In this document: positions 1 through 19,319 of the stretch, piece by piece | Position numbering within the stretch: position 1 is the first letter of the stretch | Layout of the letters: every line of letters starts with the position of its first letter | DNA from: the human T2T-CHM13v2.0 reference genome, Homo sapiens | NCBI RefSeq assembly: GCF_009914755.1 | Contig: NC_060941.1 | DNA length: 64,000 nt | Reading direction: 5' to 3' (one strand) | Position numbers and translations under genes: made by a program | Notes under the pieces: model-generated | What the model saw: the letters and a program-made list of their open reading frames with translations, nothing else | Told to the model about the DNA's origin: nothing | The model's database searches: none

Positions 1-435
1 AGGAGGAGGAGGAGGGGGCTGGGCCGAGGGAGGGGGCGACCGCGGGGACTGAGGTGCCCTTCGCTCCGGGTCCAGAGGCAGCCGCGCGCCAGGCGGCGCA
101 GAAGGTCAGTGGCCCCGGGGCTGGGATTCCGCAGCCAGCCTGGATCGGGACGTGAGTCCTGGTGTGACTGACGGGGAATCGGAGCGTGTGTGGAGTGTGA
201 ACGCGTGTGTTTGCAGACAGACATCGGCACGTATGGACGGCGCGAGCCGGTACTGCGTTCCGGAGGAGCCATCCGGCGTCACAGGCTGTGCTGGGGAGGT
301 GGGGTGACCGTCCTCAGAAACCCCCGCGGGCGGGGCGCTGCACACACGTCCACCTATAGGGTGTGTGTGCGTGCGTGAGGTGTGCAGCCCCTGTCAGGAT
401 CTGGCGAGAGAAGCTGACCGGGATGGAGGTCAGAG
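1..435 (+). promoter_or_regulatory. RAP1GAP2: CpG-rich segment; probable upstream alternative promoter / non-coding first exon of RAP1GAP2 (5' part probably outside window)
   Basis: Very CpG/GC-rich (gccgcgcgccaggcggcgca, cccccgcgggcggggcgc GC box). Three donor-like sites: AAG|GTCAGT (104/105), GAC|GTGAGT (151/152), GAG|GTAGGG (435/436). Which donor is used cannot be told from sequence. Confidence 0.6.
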
Positions 436-1101
436 GTAGGGTGTTTACAGGTGGTGGTAGAAGGAAAACAGCCAGGAACCCCAGGAGGACCCTGGAGCTA
501 GGCTGGGCTTCCTGAAACCCCCCATCCCATCCTCGCTCCAGCCTGTGCCTATTGCAGGAAGAGGAGCTAGGGAGGTGGGCTGCCGGCTGAGAGGCCTTGA
601 GGGATCTTTGGGAGCGGGGCCCGATTTCAGCCTGATCCTCATTTCCAGAGGCCTGGATGGGTGTGGGGGTGCCGGCCCTGAGTGGGGGGTCCAGGGCAGG
701 CGTGTGTTCAGGAGACCTCAGGGGTCCGTGTAGACTGTCCTCTGGCTTTGCCAGCACCAGGTGCTGTGTGTCTGGACCTGGGAGCTGGCTGAGGGATACC
801 CTTGCTTCCTCTCATTTGTTTTCTATAGCTCCCCCTACATGCTTGTTAACAAACCTGAAGGGCACTTGTATGCCAGTGGGGTTTGCTGGGATGTGCCCTG
901 TTGAGCGGCTGTCATCAGAGAAGCCTCCAAGGGGAATGAGAGAGTTGTCCTGAGCCAGGTGCCAGGGCTCTTGGGTTCTTTGCCTGCGTTGTGACCCTGG
1001 GGCCATCCCTCAAGCCCTATACGCCTCAGTTTCCCATGGCGCTTTGCCCTCCCCCTTCTTCCTGTTGCAGGGTGGGGAGTAAACAGCTTGCACAGCTGCC
1101 A

Positions 1102-1169
1102 GGAGGCTGGGAGGCTGGGAGGCTGGGAGGCGGGGAGGCTGGGAGGCTGGGAGGCTGGGAGGCGGGGAG
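1102..1169 (+). repeat. (GGAGGCTG)n 8-mer tandem repeat, two perfect 32-bp blocks
   Basis: (GGAGGCTG)3-GGAGGCGG at 1102-1133 repeated exactly at 1134-1165. Confidence 0.95.
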
Positions 1170-3166
1170 TGACTCAGGGTCTGTGAGGTCTTGGGCAGCG
1201 ATTTTTCAGGCGAAAGTCCCAGCACATCTTCTCGACTTGGGCAGGAGTTGGGGGAGGCTCTGCCCTCAGCTCCAAGCTGTGGTGCTGGGTTTTCTGAGTC
1301 CTGGGGTGGGGTGGGGTGGGCATCTGTTGGATTTGGCTGCTCAGGCTTCAAGAAGCTGCCTCTGGTCCCTCCTTCTTCCCAGATATCAAGTAGTTGGAGA
1401 GGGATGGGGCTGGGGGGCCTGGTAGCTGGGTGGGATGCGGGGGCGGGAGCTGAAGTGCTACAGCAGCCGCTCTTGGTTCCTGTGTTTGATGTTACTGGGC
1501 AGAGACAGATGCTAAGCTTGGGTAGGGTCGGGGCTGGTCTAAGTGGGACTGCTCAGCTCAGCATGTTGAGGCGATTTGGTGGGAGGTGGCCTCAGCTCCA
1601 GAGAAGAGGACCCTGCTGCTGGAGGCACGCTTGCAGCTCTCCTCACCCTCTTTCCCATGACCCTGTCTGATCAACTCTGGCTGAGCCACCATGGCTCAGA
1701 ATGACTTGAGCCTTGAGGGAAAGGGACCCTGGCATGGATGGGGGTGGTGGCAGGGTCACATAGTGGCTAAGCATGAAGGCCCTGCTGTCACTCAGACCTG
1801 GGCGTAAGTCCCAGCTCCATCACCTACTGCTGTGGCCGCACCTGCATTCCCCTCAATGGGAGCCCGAGAGAAAGGCTTGCAGGCTGTGGCTTATTTGGGA
1901 AGCAATCTCAGGAAACAAGGGCGAGGACATGGGGTTTGAAGGAGAGGGAGGGGAAGCAACAATTTGATTATTCCCACCACTCTCCTGGGCGGTGTTCCGA
2001 GGAGCCTTACAGACAGAACTGCTCTGTTGGGGAGAGAAACAGGGAAGCACTTACCCATTAGCCCCATCCCCTGCCAGACAAGGGTGGCTCTGTAGACATT
2101 CGCTCCCGTGTGGACTTCCAGATTGCACATGTGTGGGGCTCAAGTGGTTCCCTGTGGGTACTCCACACGGCAGCTTCCAAGAAGGCCCAGCGTGGCCTGA
2201 CATGAAGCGCTGTCCCATTGCACCTGTAAGATGCTGCTTGGAGCCTGTGGGGACCTGGTCATTGCAGAAGTGTTTGGAGTGAGAGGTGGGGCCAAGAGGG
2301 CTGGAAGCAGCACACTGAGGTGTCTAACATTGCGTGACCTTGGCCAAATTACCTGACTTCTCTGAGCCTCGGTTTCCTTAGCTGGGTGTTTTAAGTGTTA
2401 ATAAGGCATTTATTGAATTTTTGAACATGGTGATGGCCCCATAGCAAGGGCTTCACCCGGGGTATTTCTGTGTGGCCAGGAAGACCACATGCCCAGGGTG
2501 GCTCAGATAGTCATTCACTCAAGTGGAGGTGGGTCCGCATAAGAGGACCTCTAAAGACCCCTCCCGGTCATAGGACCTGGGGCTCAGGGGCCAGACTGCT
2601 GACCTGGTCAGTTCCTCTAGGGCTGTGGCCCAGTTTCCCAGACCTCCTGAATGCTTCCATTTCACAGCCTATGAATTGGAGTCAGCGATGTCCTGCTCCT
2701 GGGCTGGCCGCTCAGATATACCTCTTCCTGGGCTCTGCCTCAGGAGGACACAGAGGCCAGCACTGGGCAGAGGAGGGCGAGGGGAGAGGAGGGCGAGGGG
2801 AGAGGACAGCTCAGAAGCAGGTGCTTGAAGGAGGAGTGGAGGGAGGGTGGATGCTGGCATTTCTGGCATTGGGAGCTGGCATACGGTCATGGGCATGGGT
2901 CTGGGCCATAGTCAGTGGGGGAGGACAAGGCAGGGGGCTGGGGGGGGGCAGGAAAGGAAGGTGAGCGGGTTGGCAGAAGGTGGCCAAGAAGCATGGAAGA
3001 GACAGGGACAGGGAGTGGGTTGGGCAGCCTTGGCGTATGGGGATTCACAGCGTCTGGGGTGGTGGTAACCAAATGGGAGGGGGATGAGGTGGCAGGAAGG
3101 AAGGGAGGGCATTGGGTGAGGTCTAGCTGGGGCTTCCTAGGGCGTAAACTGGGGCAGTGTTCGTAG

Positions 3167-3552
<386 letters not shown>

Positions 3553-4664
3553 TGACAGGGGAGGAGTTGTTTGCAAACAGTTCCTGTTATGAGCGGCGAT
3601 TGGAGAAGGTCCACAGGTGCCTTTGCCAAGGCCTGTTGCCATGGTGGCATGGTGGGCCTTGTCTGCCTACCCTCTCCCATCTCTGAGCAATGTGCACCCC
3701 CCCCAGGAGAGGTCACAGAGTGGGGAAGGTGTCCAGCTGCCTCTTTGCTCACACATGGCCAGCTCAGGCTGGCCTTACAAAGGTCACTGCGTTCATCCCT
3801 CTGCCTGCAGGCAGGGTCACACCCAGCCTATGCTGGGAAACCCAGCAGCCGCCGTCTTCATTACAGCCATTTAAAGTCTACTCCGATCTCTGCAATTTGT
3901 TTTTAATAAGTTTAATGAAAAATAAAGCAATGATACTAGCCTATTCATCTGCTCCCCTTTTAAAGCGGGCATCTCATGGATGATACTCTTCTTGTCCACA
4001 CCTCTCTCAGTGCTTTGGTGCCTGTCCAGTAGGAAGTTCTGCCTCATGTCTGATCTCAGCCTGACATGCTGTACTGTTTTTGGGTGTGTTTTGTGTTTCT
4101 GATTTTCTATTTGTTGCAACCCTTCAGGGATTCCAGATGGTTCTAAGGGCATTCCTGTCTACCTGCTCATGATCTGGAGCAGTCGCAGGGGCACCCAAGG
4201 CAGGTGTGATGCCAACGATACAAGGCTGTGCCGAGCCCCTGGCCCCGGCCACGCTCTGGTTCTGGACTTTTGCAGCTTGCTCTCAGGGCCAGCTGGTTCC
4301 CACTCCTTTCCCTAGTTCAGATCCAGGATTACTGGCCTCCTTCTTGGACCATGCTGGGCCTGCTGGCTGCGCTCTGCCAGGTCTGGGTCAGCAAGCAGAT
4401 GGCAGCAGGCATGGGCACTTGGGGGACTCTGGCACAGTCAGGGCCCTGCCGATTAGATGGCTGGTGGAGAGCAAGAGCAGGAGGGGAGAGACAGGGAGTG
4501 ACAGGCAGTCGGGAACACTGAGGTGTGCCTGTGCATGTGGACACATCTGTGCTTGGTGTGCACGTGTGGCCTTGGAGGGCTTGTTGCTGGATTGCTGTGT
4601 CTGGACATCTCTGGGTGGTTATATGTGGTTCTTCTGAGCACACCCCTGTGTGTGCACCGTGTGA

Positions 4665-5112
4665 GCACGTCTCTGTGTGAGCACGTCTCTGTGTGTGCAC
4701 GTCTCTGTGTGTGCAGGTCTCTGTGTGGGCACGTCTCTGTGTGTGCAGGTCTCTGTGTGAGCACGTCTCTGTGTGAGCACGTCTCTGTGTGTGCAGGTCT
4801 CTGTGTGGGCACGTCTCTGTGTGTGCAGGTCTCTGTGTGTGCACGTCTCTGTGTGAGCACGTCTCTGTGTGTGCACGTCTCTGTGTGAGTACGTCTCTGT
4901 GTGTGCACGTCTGTGTGTGCACGTTTCTGTGTGTGCACGTCTGTGTGTGCACGTCTCTGTGTGTGCAGGTCTCTGTGTGGGCACGTCTCTGTGTGGGCAG
5001 GTCTCTGTGTGTGCACGTCTCTGTGTGTGCACGTCTCTGTGTGTGCAGGTCTCTGTGTGGGCACGTCTCTGTGTGGGCAGGTCTCTGTGTGTGCATGTCT
5101 CTGTGTGTGCAC
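4665..5112 (+). repeat. 16-bp minisatellite (VNTR-like), 28 units GCA(C/G)GTCTCTGTGTG(T/A/G)
   Basis: Units read directly; two 14-bp variant units at 4905 and 4935. Confidence 0.97.
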
Positions 5113-5810
5113 TGTTGTGTGCTCTGGGTTGTTCATGGGTACTTTCTCTGGATATGTGTGCCAGCCACCTACTGGGTGTCTCCAGGGTTCTCAAGAGTGT
5201 GCCCATCTGGATGGCAGGTGATACTTTTTCCCTGCAGGATTTCCTGCCCCCACGGAGGCTCCCTTGAGTCTTCTGCCATGCCCCATCCCGCCCTCTCTCC
5301 AGGCTTCCTTATCCTGTTTCTCCCTCTGTCTGAGGAAGTTGCTTCTCCCCCTCTGGCTGTGTGGGCGTCCACTGCCTTCTGGGCAGGGCCTGAAGAGGGA
5401 CGGCAAGTCCAGCCTCCAGCCCCATCCTCCCGAGCTCTGAGCTGAGGGTGATGGGCTCAAGCTCTGAGTTGAGGAGATGAGTCAGGGATGGCTGCAGGGG
5501 GTGGGCAGAAGTGGCCTGTGTGTCAGCATGCTGTAGGGAAGTGTGTGCTCTTGCCCCCCTCCACCTGACCCGCCCTCAGTGGCTTGGGCACCAGTGCAGC
5601 TGTGATGAGGCTCCCTTACCTTCATACTCTTCCCCAGTAGCCTTGGTTGGCACAGTTTCTGATGGGGAGCAGAGTGGTCTCTGGGGCTCCGGGCATCCAA
5701 TGGGGGCCTTGGCCTTAGCATAATTTATCTCACCATAATCACTGGTACTAATGGAGCTCTTCCTGCACCAGGCCCTGGACTACACACTGTACATGTAATC
5801 AGCTCATTTA

Positions 5811-6247
<437 letters not shown>

Positions 6248-6753
6248 TCACACAGCTAGTAAGTGATGGAGCCGGGTTCTGAACCCAGACCCGTTCTTCT
6301 GCTGTTCCCTCCGCTCTTCACAAAGCTGTGAAGCTGTGTCCGTCTCGTCTTGGCAGTCTCCCTCTCAGAGAGGCCATCCCAGATCACCCCCTCTACACAG
6401 GACTCCCTAGCCATCTGGTCCCATTTGGATCGGATCACCCTATTGTAAATACCTGCATAAAGGTAGCCCTCATTTATCCTCTACTTCCTAACCCCCTCTT
6501 CCCCACCTAGAGCAGGGACCTGTCTGTCTTGCTTACTAAAATATTCTTAGAACTGGAAGACAGCTTGGAACACAGTAGGGATGCAATAAACATTTGATGA
6601 ATGAATGAATTAATGAATGAAGAGAGGACTGACTCCAGACCTAAGCTTGAAATCCCTCCTATATACTGTCTCTTACACAACAGGGACTGTTGCAGAGTGG
6701 CAGGAGCACAGGCTCTGGAGCCAGCTTGCTTGGTTCAAATTCTGGTCCTGCCA

Positions 6754-7751
<998 letters not shown>

Positions 7752-8451
7752 TGATCCCCTGGCCACAGGTGAGGCTTGGGTCTGTCCCCAGATCCCCGCC
7801 TACTCTCATGTAGTCCAGGAGGCATCTTACTGTGCAGAGCCCTGCTGAGGGTGGGGCCCGTAATGAGAGAAGGGGGAACTTGAATGGGAAAGGCCTTTTC
7901 TGTCCCAGTTTATTATCTCATTACAGGTCAGCCCTGCTCCCTTCAAGGGGCCTGGGACACATGTTGCTGATGGAGATACCATGAGGGTGGGGCTCAGGCA
8001 GAATTGCTCTGGGCTTGGGGCTGGGATGAACCCCACCAGACCCCCATCTTTATCCAGGAAAAATCAAGATGGTGAGGCCTGAACATGCTGTGTTTGAGCT
8101 GAGGGAGCTCTCCGCTTCTCCCTGTCCCTGCCGCCTGCTTCCACCTGAGTCACTGTTCATCTGCCTGCGGCATCATCCCCCTGCGGCATCATCCCCCTGC
8201 CTCGCTTGCTGGCCTCAGGGAGGAATCTCAGGGTTTGCTCCTTGTGGCCCAGGTTAGGGCTGCTCCTGAGCAGAGCGTTGGCAGGGGGCCCAGGAAGAAT
8301 CTGGGGGTTTGCACGAGCCCAGCCTGGCAGTGTCTCCCATCTAACGCAGCCCTCATTTAGGGCCTGCTCTCCTCTGAGCCTTCCCTGAAGGAATGGCAGA
8401 AGGGCTCAAAGGGGGACTCTGGGTTTGAATTCTGTCACCTTCCAGCCCTGT

Positions 8452-9364
<913 letters not shown>

Positions 9365-9512
9365 TGAAAAACCTGAGGCAGAGGGAGTTTAAGTGGTTTC
9401 CTCACAGCTACATTTAATGTCAGGACTGGGGCTGGAATCCGTGTGTTCTGACACCAGGTGGTGGTTGCTTATCTTTTGCAGGAGGAGGATTTCCCCCTCC
9501 CTTCAACCCCTT

Positions 9513-9607
9513 CCGCCAGAGGGCAACATGGCTGCCATCCTAGAAACAAGCCCAGGAAGACGCTCCCTTTCCTCCTCGCACCACCCAAGCTTGCCTGCAG
9601 AGGGCGC
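9513..9607 (+). promoter_or_regulatory. Two tandem CTCF-like motifs plus a YY1-like motif
   Basis: CCGCCAGAGGGCAAC (9513-9527) and CCTGCAGAGGGCGC (9594-9607) fit CC(A/G)SYAGRKGGCR. CAACATGGCTGCC overlaps the first. Locally CpG-retaining. Confidence 0.55.
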
Positions 9608-9761
9608 AAACGCCCACCTTCTGGCCGGTCCTGGGAGGCGCCAGGTGCCCCGCCTTAGCAGGGGAGGGCGGGAGTGACCCAGCTGGGTGGGTGTGGGCAG
9701 AGTTGGCTGTGTGTTCTCCTTTAGTGAGAAGCTCCTTCAGACAGCCCCCACGGTCCAAGCC

Positions 9762-11066
<1,305 letters not shown>

Positions 11067-11308
11067 TTAAGTGCTACCTCGTTATTTTCAGTGGCTAGAT
11101 AGTATTCCATTGTACGCTTATTCTGCAATGTAGTTAATCCTCAGTTGATGATCATTTAGATTATTTTTTGAATTTGCTATTATAATGATATGATTAACAT
11201 CTGTATACATAGATCTTGTCAAGTGGTATGAGTTAACCTGTGCAATAAATTTCTAAAAACAAAATTGTTGGCATAAAGGGTATGTGCACTTAAACAATTT
11301 TGATAGAG

Positions 11309-12140
11309 TGTATTAGTCAGGGCTTTGCAGAGAAATAGAACTAATAGGAAATATATACATATGTATATAGGGGTGTGTGTGTATGTGTGTGTGTGTTTAG
11401 ATTTATTATGAGGGATTGGTTCATGCAATTTTGTGGGGTTTTTTTGTTTGTTTGCTTTGAGATAGAGACTGGCTCTGTTGCCCAGGCAGGAGTGCAGTGG
11501 CACAATCTCAGCTCACTGCAACCTCTACCTCCCTGATTCAAGCAGTTCTCCTGCCTCAGCCTCCTGAGTAGCTGGGATTACAGGTGCCCGCCACCATGCC
11601 CAGATTTTTTTTTGTATTTTTAGTAGAGACGTGGGTTTCACCATGTTGATCACACTGGTCTCGAACTCCTGACCTCAAGTGATCCACCTGCCTTGGCCTC
11701 CCAAAGTGCTGGGATTACTGAGCCCCAGCCAGGCATGAGCCACTGCACCCCATCAGGTTAATGCAATTTTGGAGGCCGAGAAGTCCCATGATTTGCCGTC
11801 TATTAGCTGGGGATCCAGGAAAGCTGGTGGTATGTTCTAGTCCAAGTCCTAAGGCACAAGAACGAGGAGCGTTGATAGCTGAGGGCAGGAGAAGGCGGGT
11901 TCTCAGCTCAGGCAGAGAATGAACTCTCCTTTCCTCCACATTTTTCGTCTATTCAAGCTCTCAGTGGATTGGTTGATGCCGGCCCACATTGGTAAAGCGG
12001 CATCTTCTTTACTTAGTCTACCAATTCAAAGGCTAATCTCTTCCAGAAACAACTCACAGACATACCCAGAAATAATATTTCAACAGCTATGGAGATATCC
12101 CCTAGCCCAGTCAAATTGACACATAAATTTAACCAGCACA
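11309..12140 (-). mobile_element. MLT2 (ERVL) LTR interrupted by an Alu (11436-11750), within old L1 sequence
   Basis: tgtattagtcagggc...aaattgacacataaatttaaccagcaca is the reverse complement of MLT2 ends. Alu flanked by ggttcatgcaatttt/ggttaatgcaatttt. Confidence 0.75.
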
Positions 12141-12206
12141 GAGATATTGCCCAATAGCTACACATTAATGGGACGCCCGTTTCCTTATACCTTTACACAA
12201 TTATCA

Positions 12207-12491
12207 ATTTTTTCTTTTTGAGATGGGGTCTGGGCTCTGTCACTCAGGCTGGAGTGCAGTGGCCCAATCATGGCTCTGCTTCCTGGGCTCAAGTGATCCT
12301 CCCACCTCAGCCTCCCAAGTAGCTGGGACTACAGGTGCCTGCCATCATGCCCCACTAATTTTTGTATTTTTTGTAGACATGGGGGTTCCACCATGTTGCC
12401 CACACTGGTCTCGAACTCCTGAGCTCAGGTGATCCACCCGCCTTGTCCTCCCAAAGTGCTGGGATTACAGGTGTGAGCCACCGTGGCCGGC
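12207..12491 (-). mobile_element. Alu
   Basis: Antisense Alu dimer with small internal deletion. Confidence 0.9.
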
Positions 12492-12659
12492 ATTATCAAA
12501 TTTTTAAAACTTTATCTGATGGGTAAAAGTGATACCTTGTTATTATTTAAAATTTTTAACTGTAGTAAACTTTGTAGCTTCTTTAGTTCAGAGCCATGTG
12601 TGGCTAAAACTCTCTTGGCAGATGGACCTTACTGAACAGATAAGAATAAACTGCAATAA

Positions 12660-13035
<376 letters not shown>

Positions 13036-13203
13036 TCATCTTGCTTTTCAGCACTTGTGCAATGGGAAATTTAGTCTGGACCTTGAGATAGTGCAGGTGG
13101 GCAGTGATCTGTGGACTGTAAATCACTATGCAGATGCTAGGTGCTGTTTTTATCTTGACCCTGAGGCGTGAATTCTTCACTAATGTGGGGTTGCTGGCCC
13201 TGA

Positions 13204-13634
<431 letters not shown>

Positions 13635-13795
13635 TAGTAGGCTGAAGTCTCAAAAGAGTAGGTCACCTGCCCCCAGTGACTTAGAGGTGGATCTGGGATG
13701 AGAGCTGAGCTCCAGGGGGTTAGTACTGGGGCTGGAATGGGTACTACTGTCTGGATGGGGGAGGATCTGGGTCAGACCACCTAGTGCCTGCTTCA

Positions 13796-14365
<570 letters not shown>

Positions 14366-14922
14366 TGCCCATCGAACTGGGTGAGTTCCCTGGAGCTCTG
14401 CCCTGGGGTTGGGACTCTGGCTGGGACTTCGCCCCAGGCTGGTCCCCGAGAAACACCTACAGCCCTTGTGAACTGTGACCCACAGCAGGCTCTGGGAAGC
14501 GTTTTGAGCCTGAGAGAGAAGGAGCCCGTCCAGCCAGGCATTGGGGGTAGCTGGGTACTTGCTCTTTCCATCTTCATTATTCTCTCCCCAGTGATGAGCT
14601 GAGTTTTGCTTTAGGACCTTACTTTTCCTGTCTGTAACATGGGCACTGATGCACTGTGCATTTCTGTGGATCCAGAATTAGTGGGGCTGATAATCATCAA
14701 GCTGGGTTAATTTGGTTGGATTCCTTCACTTCCCTGAGCCTCAGTGTTCCTATCTGTAAAATGGGATAACAGGGCACCCTCTCAGAGGGGTTGTGAGGCT
14801 GAAAAGCTAAGCGCTTTGGTCCGCGCTGGCCCACAGGAGACTCACAGATGCCGGTGCTGCCCTGGCTCTCTTGTGCCCGCAGCTCATCCTCCTCTCCCCG
14901 CTGGCTGCTGAGAGTCAGCTGA

Positions 14923-15302
<380 letters not shown>

Positions 15303-16296
15303 GCTTCCCTTGTCTCTTGACTCACAATCCTTCCCAGGGAGCCCACAGTCTCCTTGCTGTGCACGGCACATGGAAGAGGAATCACAGGGTCAGAGCAGGG
15401 GGTCAAGAAGCTGCGCGGGACTGAAGCAGGGACAGAATCGTCCTTGACAGTAATGATAGCAGCTCCCGTGACGGCCTTGGAGCCCCGTGCTCAGTGTTTC
15501 TGTTCGCTGATAAACTCGTGAAGGTGGTGGCAGCCTCCCCAAATTACAGAAGAGAAAACTGAGGCCTGGAGAGATTAGGTAACTTGCCCAAGGTCGCTGG
15601 GCCCCAAGGAAGGAGAGGAAGGCAGCGTGGGAAAGGCCCTAGGAAGACTCTCACACCCTGCAGGGCTCATGATGGGCCATGAGCCGTCTGGGAGAGTCCC
15701 TTCCCCCTTTCCAGCCCTCAGTCTGGGGACGTGTGGGCCCCTGGATCCTCCTGGTTTCTCCAAGGTTCCTGGATCCCAGCGGCTTCGAAGAAGTCCAGGC
15801 TGTGGGTTCTGCAGGGCCGGCAGCCGGGCCAGTCCTGCTCCTTGGCCGGGTGTCTGACTCAGGAGTGTTGTTTGTGGCTGTCAGGGGCACACCCCCCGGT
15901 GGGGGAAACCAGCCTCAGGGTGGCAGCAGCGGAGGCCTCGAAACGCACCCCTTCCCTGTCTCCAGGCTGCCGTTCAGATGTCTGTGCCTGGGCCGGAGTC
16001 TGTCCCGGCTCTGGGAACACTTGGTCCAGGTGTTCATAGCTGGGCATTTACCTGGCTGTCTCCATAGACCGGGAGGCCCCAGATAAAAGCATCTGTCAGC
16101 TTTGTCTTCCCCTAGAATGCATGCGGCGGGCAGCTTTCACATGTGGTCAGTGTGGGTGGTGAGGTGTGCCCAAGTGTGATGTGATTATCACCCCGCTTCT
16201 CTCTCATGTATGAAAGCGCATCAACGTATACTCCAAAGATGGGCCTGTCATTAACTCCCTCTAACTGATTTTTTAAAAAAGTAATTTGCAACAGGA

Positions 16297-16596
<300 letters not shown>

Positions 16597-16961
16597 TGCA
16601 ACAGGAATTCTTGCAACGTATGCAACACCTCCAACCCCAGCACCTCCCAACTGAGGCTGTGGGCTGTACCTGGCTCACCCTGGTGCTTTCTGCACCCAGC
16701 ATGGTGCTTGGCCTAGAGCAGGTGTTGCTGTCAGCGGCGGGAGGCCAGGTGGGCTGACTGTTCCCACTTTCACTTGTTCACTTGTCAAGCTCTTTTCTTT
16801 AGTTGGGACTTTATTAATGGAGAATGAAAGAAATCCAACTCATACTGGCTTTAGGAATAACTCTTTATTCGTACGGCTGGCTCTCCTATACCCGGGGTCA
16901 GCTGGCTCCTGGCACAGCCGGATCCTGGAGCTCAGATGATGCCCTTGAGACTCAATCTTTT

Positions 16962-17282
<321 letters not shown>

Positions 17283-17812
17283 TCAGTTCTCTTCTCTGCC
17301 TTCCTGTGAGTCGGTTTCATTTTCCCCACACTCTCCACAGCCCCAGGCTTTCATCTCATGCTTCAGCAGGGGAAGCCTCTTGGGATGGTGTCTTGTTGGG
17401 TTTACTTAGGTCTCCTGAACCAGTCCCCTTGGCTGGCCAGGCCTGGTCAGGTGCCCACTCCTGACCCTGGAGGTGGATTGAGTGCAGAGGGTTCTTCTCA
17501 GATGGAGGCAGGGCAGGCAGGACCCAAGTTGTCCACGGTACCTGTTGAGCACTTCCTGGGTGTGGGTGGGTGCCTCTGGGGAGAGAGGCGCTTGTGGCAC
17601 TCTGCAGTGGCCATCCTGTGGGAAGCCAGCAGCCTGAAGCCACCCCAGAGCATGAACCACACAATCCTAACTTTCCTGGGGCAGAGGTGAGGGTTGGGGG
17701 AAGCCTCCGGGCTCCTGCTGGGGACTAGCTGCCTTGGAGGTAGAGAGTCAGCCCCCAGCCCTGCTCTGGCCCAGGACCCTGAAGCTGCTCCCCCAGCCCA
17801 CTCAGGGCTTGA

Positions 17813-18343
<531 letters not shown>

Positions 18344-18769
18344 TGAGACGTTTTCTTCCCTTTCTCCACTGCTTGGGGGTAGGGTGGGGCCTGGGGCCCT
18401 ATCTGTGCCCACTCCCCCCAGTGTCTGTTGTAGTGTACGTGCCACATCCCTTTGAGGGGCTGCCATTAGTAAGTGCCTGCTGTGTACCAGGTGTGGTCAG
18501 CACCAGTGCATGCAGAGATGAGCACTGGCCCTGTGGTGTGCAGACTGGGATGCGTGCAGGACACGCTAGCCCTGTGGCATGAGGACCAGCACCTGAGCAT
18601 GCAGAGATGAGGACGAACCCTGCGGTTCAGCTGGGAAGACAAATCCACCCGCACATGGGTACCGCCCCCCCACCCCACACAGCCAGCGTGAAGCATGCCA
18701 CTGCTCTGACCTCTGTCTAGACACTTGGCGGCGGGGGTGGGGGGCGGCTGACAGGTACAGCTCTGTGCC

Positions 18770-19150
18770 CATGTGTGTGTACATGCGAATGCCCCTTGCA
18801 GTGTGATGTGGTCTGAGTATGTGGATGAGTGCCTGCGGGCACATGTGTATGCGTTCATGTCTGTGCACGTGTCCAATGGGGCTTTGTCAGTATGTGAGAA
18901 GCGTGTGCAGGTGTGTCTACTGATGTCTGTGTGAAGTGGTGTGTGGATGTGCACGGGAGCGTGTGTGCCGCGCTGTGCTCAGGTGTGTACAGGTGTCTAA
19001 TGATATGTATGTCTGCGTGCATGTATCTGTGTGTACCTGGGTATCCTGGGCGTGTGTGTGTCCATGTGTGCATCCCACGTGCCCCTGTGCCCATGCGTGT
19101 GCATGTATACTTACATCCACGTGTGCTAGTGGAATGACATGTGTGTGGCT
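18770..19150. repeat. Degenerate (TG/CA)-rich low-complexity tract
   Basis: Alternating purine-pyrimidine runs (gtgtgtacatgc, gcgtgtgcatgt). Confidence 0.8.
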
Positions 19151-19319
19151 GGTTCCTCTGGCGTGTGCCGAGCCATGGTGGGGCAGGCAGGCAAAGGTCC
19201 CTGTCTCAGGCAGCCCTCGGGAGTGGGTGTGAAGGTCCCCAGTGCTCAGGCGTCCCTGAGGCTTCCAGCTGAATCTTTCTGTCCCTCCTAGGCGTGGCTG
19301 TGGGAATCCTTGGGGCGCC

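Noticed and set aside
4665-5112. CRISPR-like array
   Set aside because: Contiguous tandem units with no unique spacers; eukaryotic minisatellite
4329-5445. Long overlapping ORFs (up to 255 aa, HTETC/HRD or CV repeats)
   Set aside because: Produced by the stop-free 16-bp minisatellite; open in many frames on both strands
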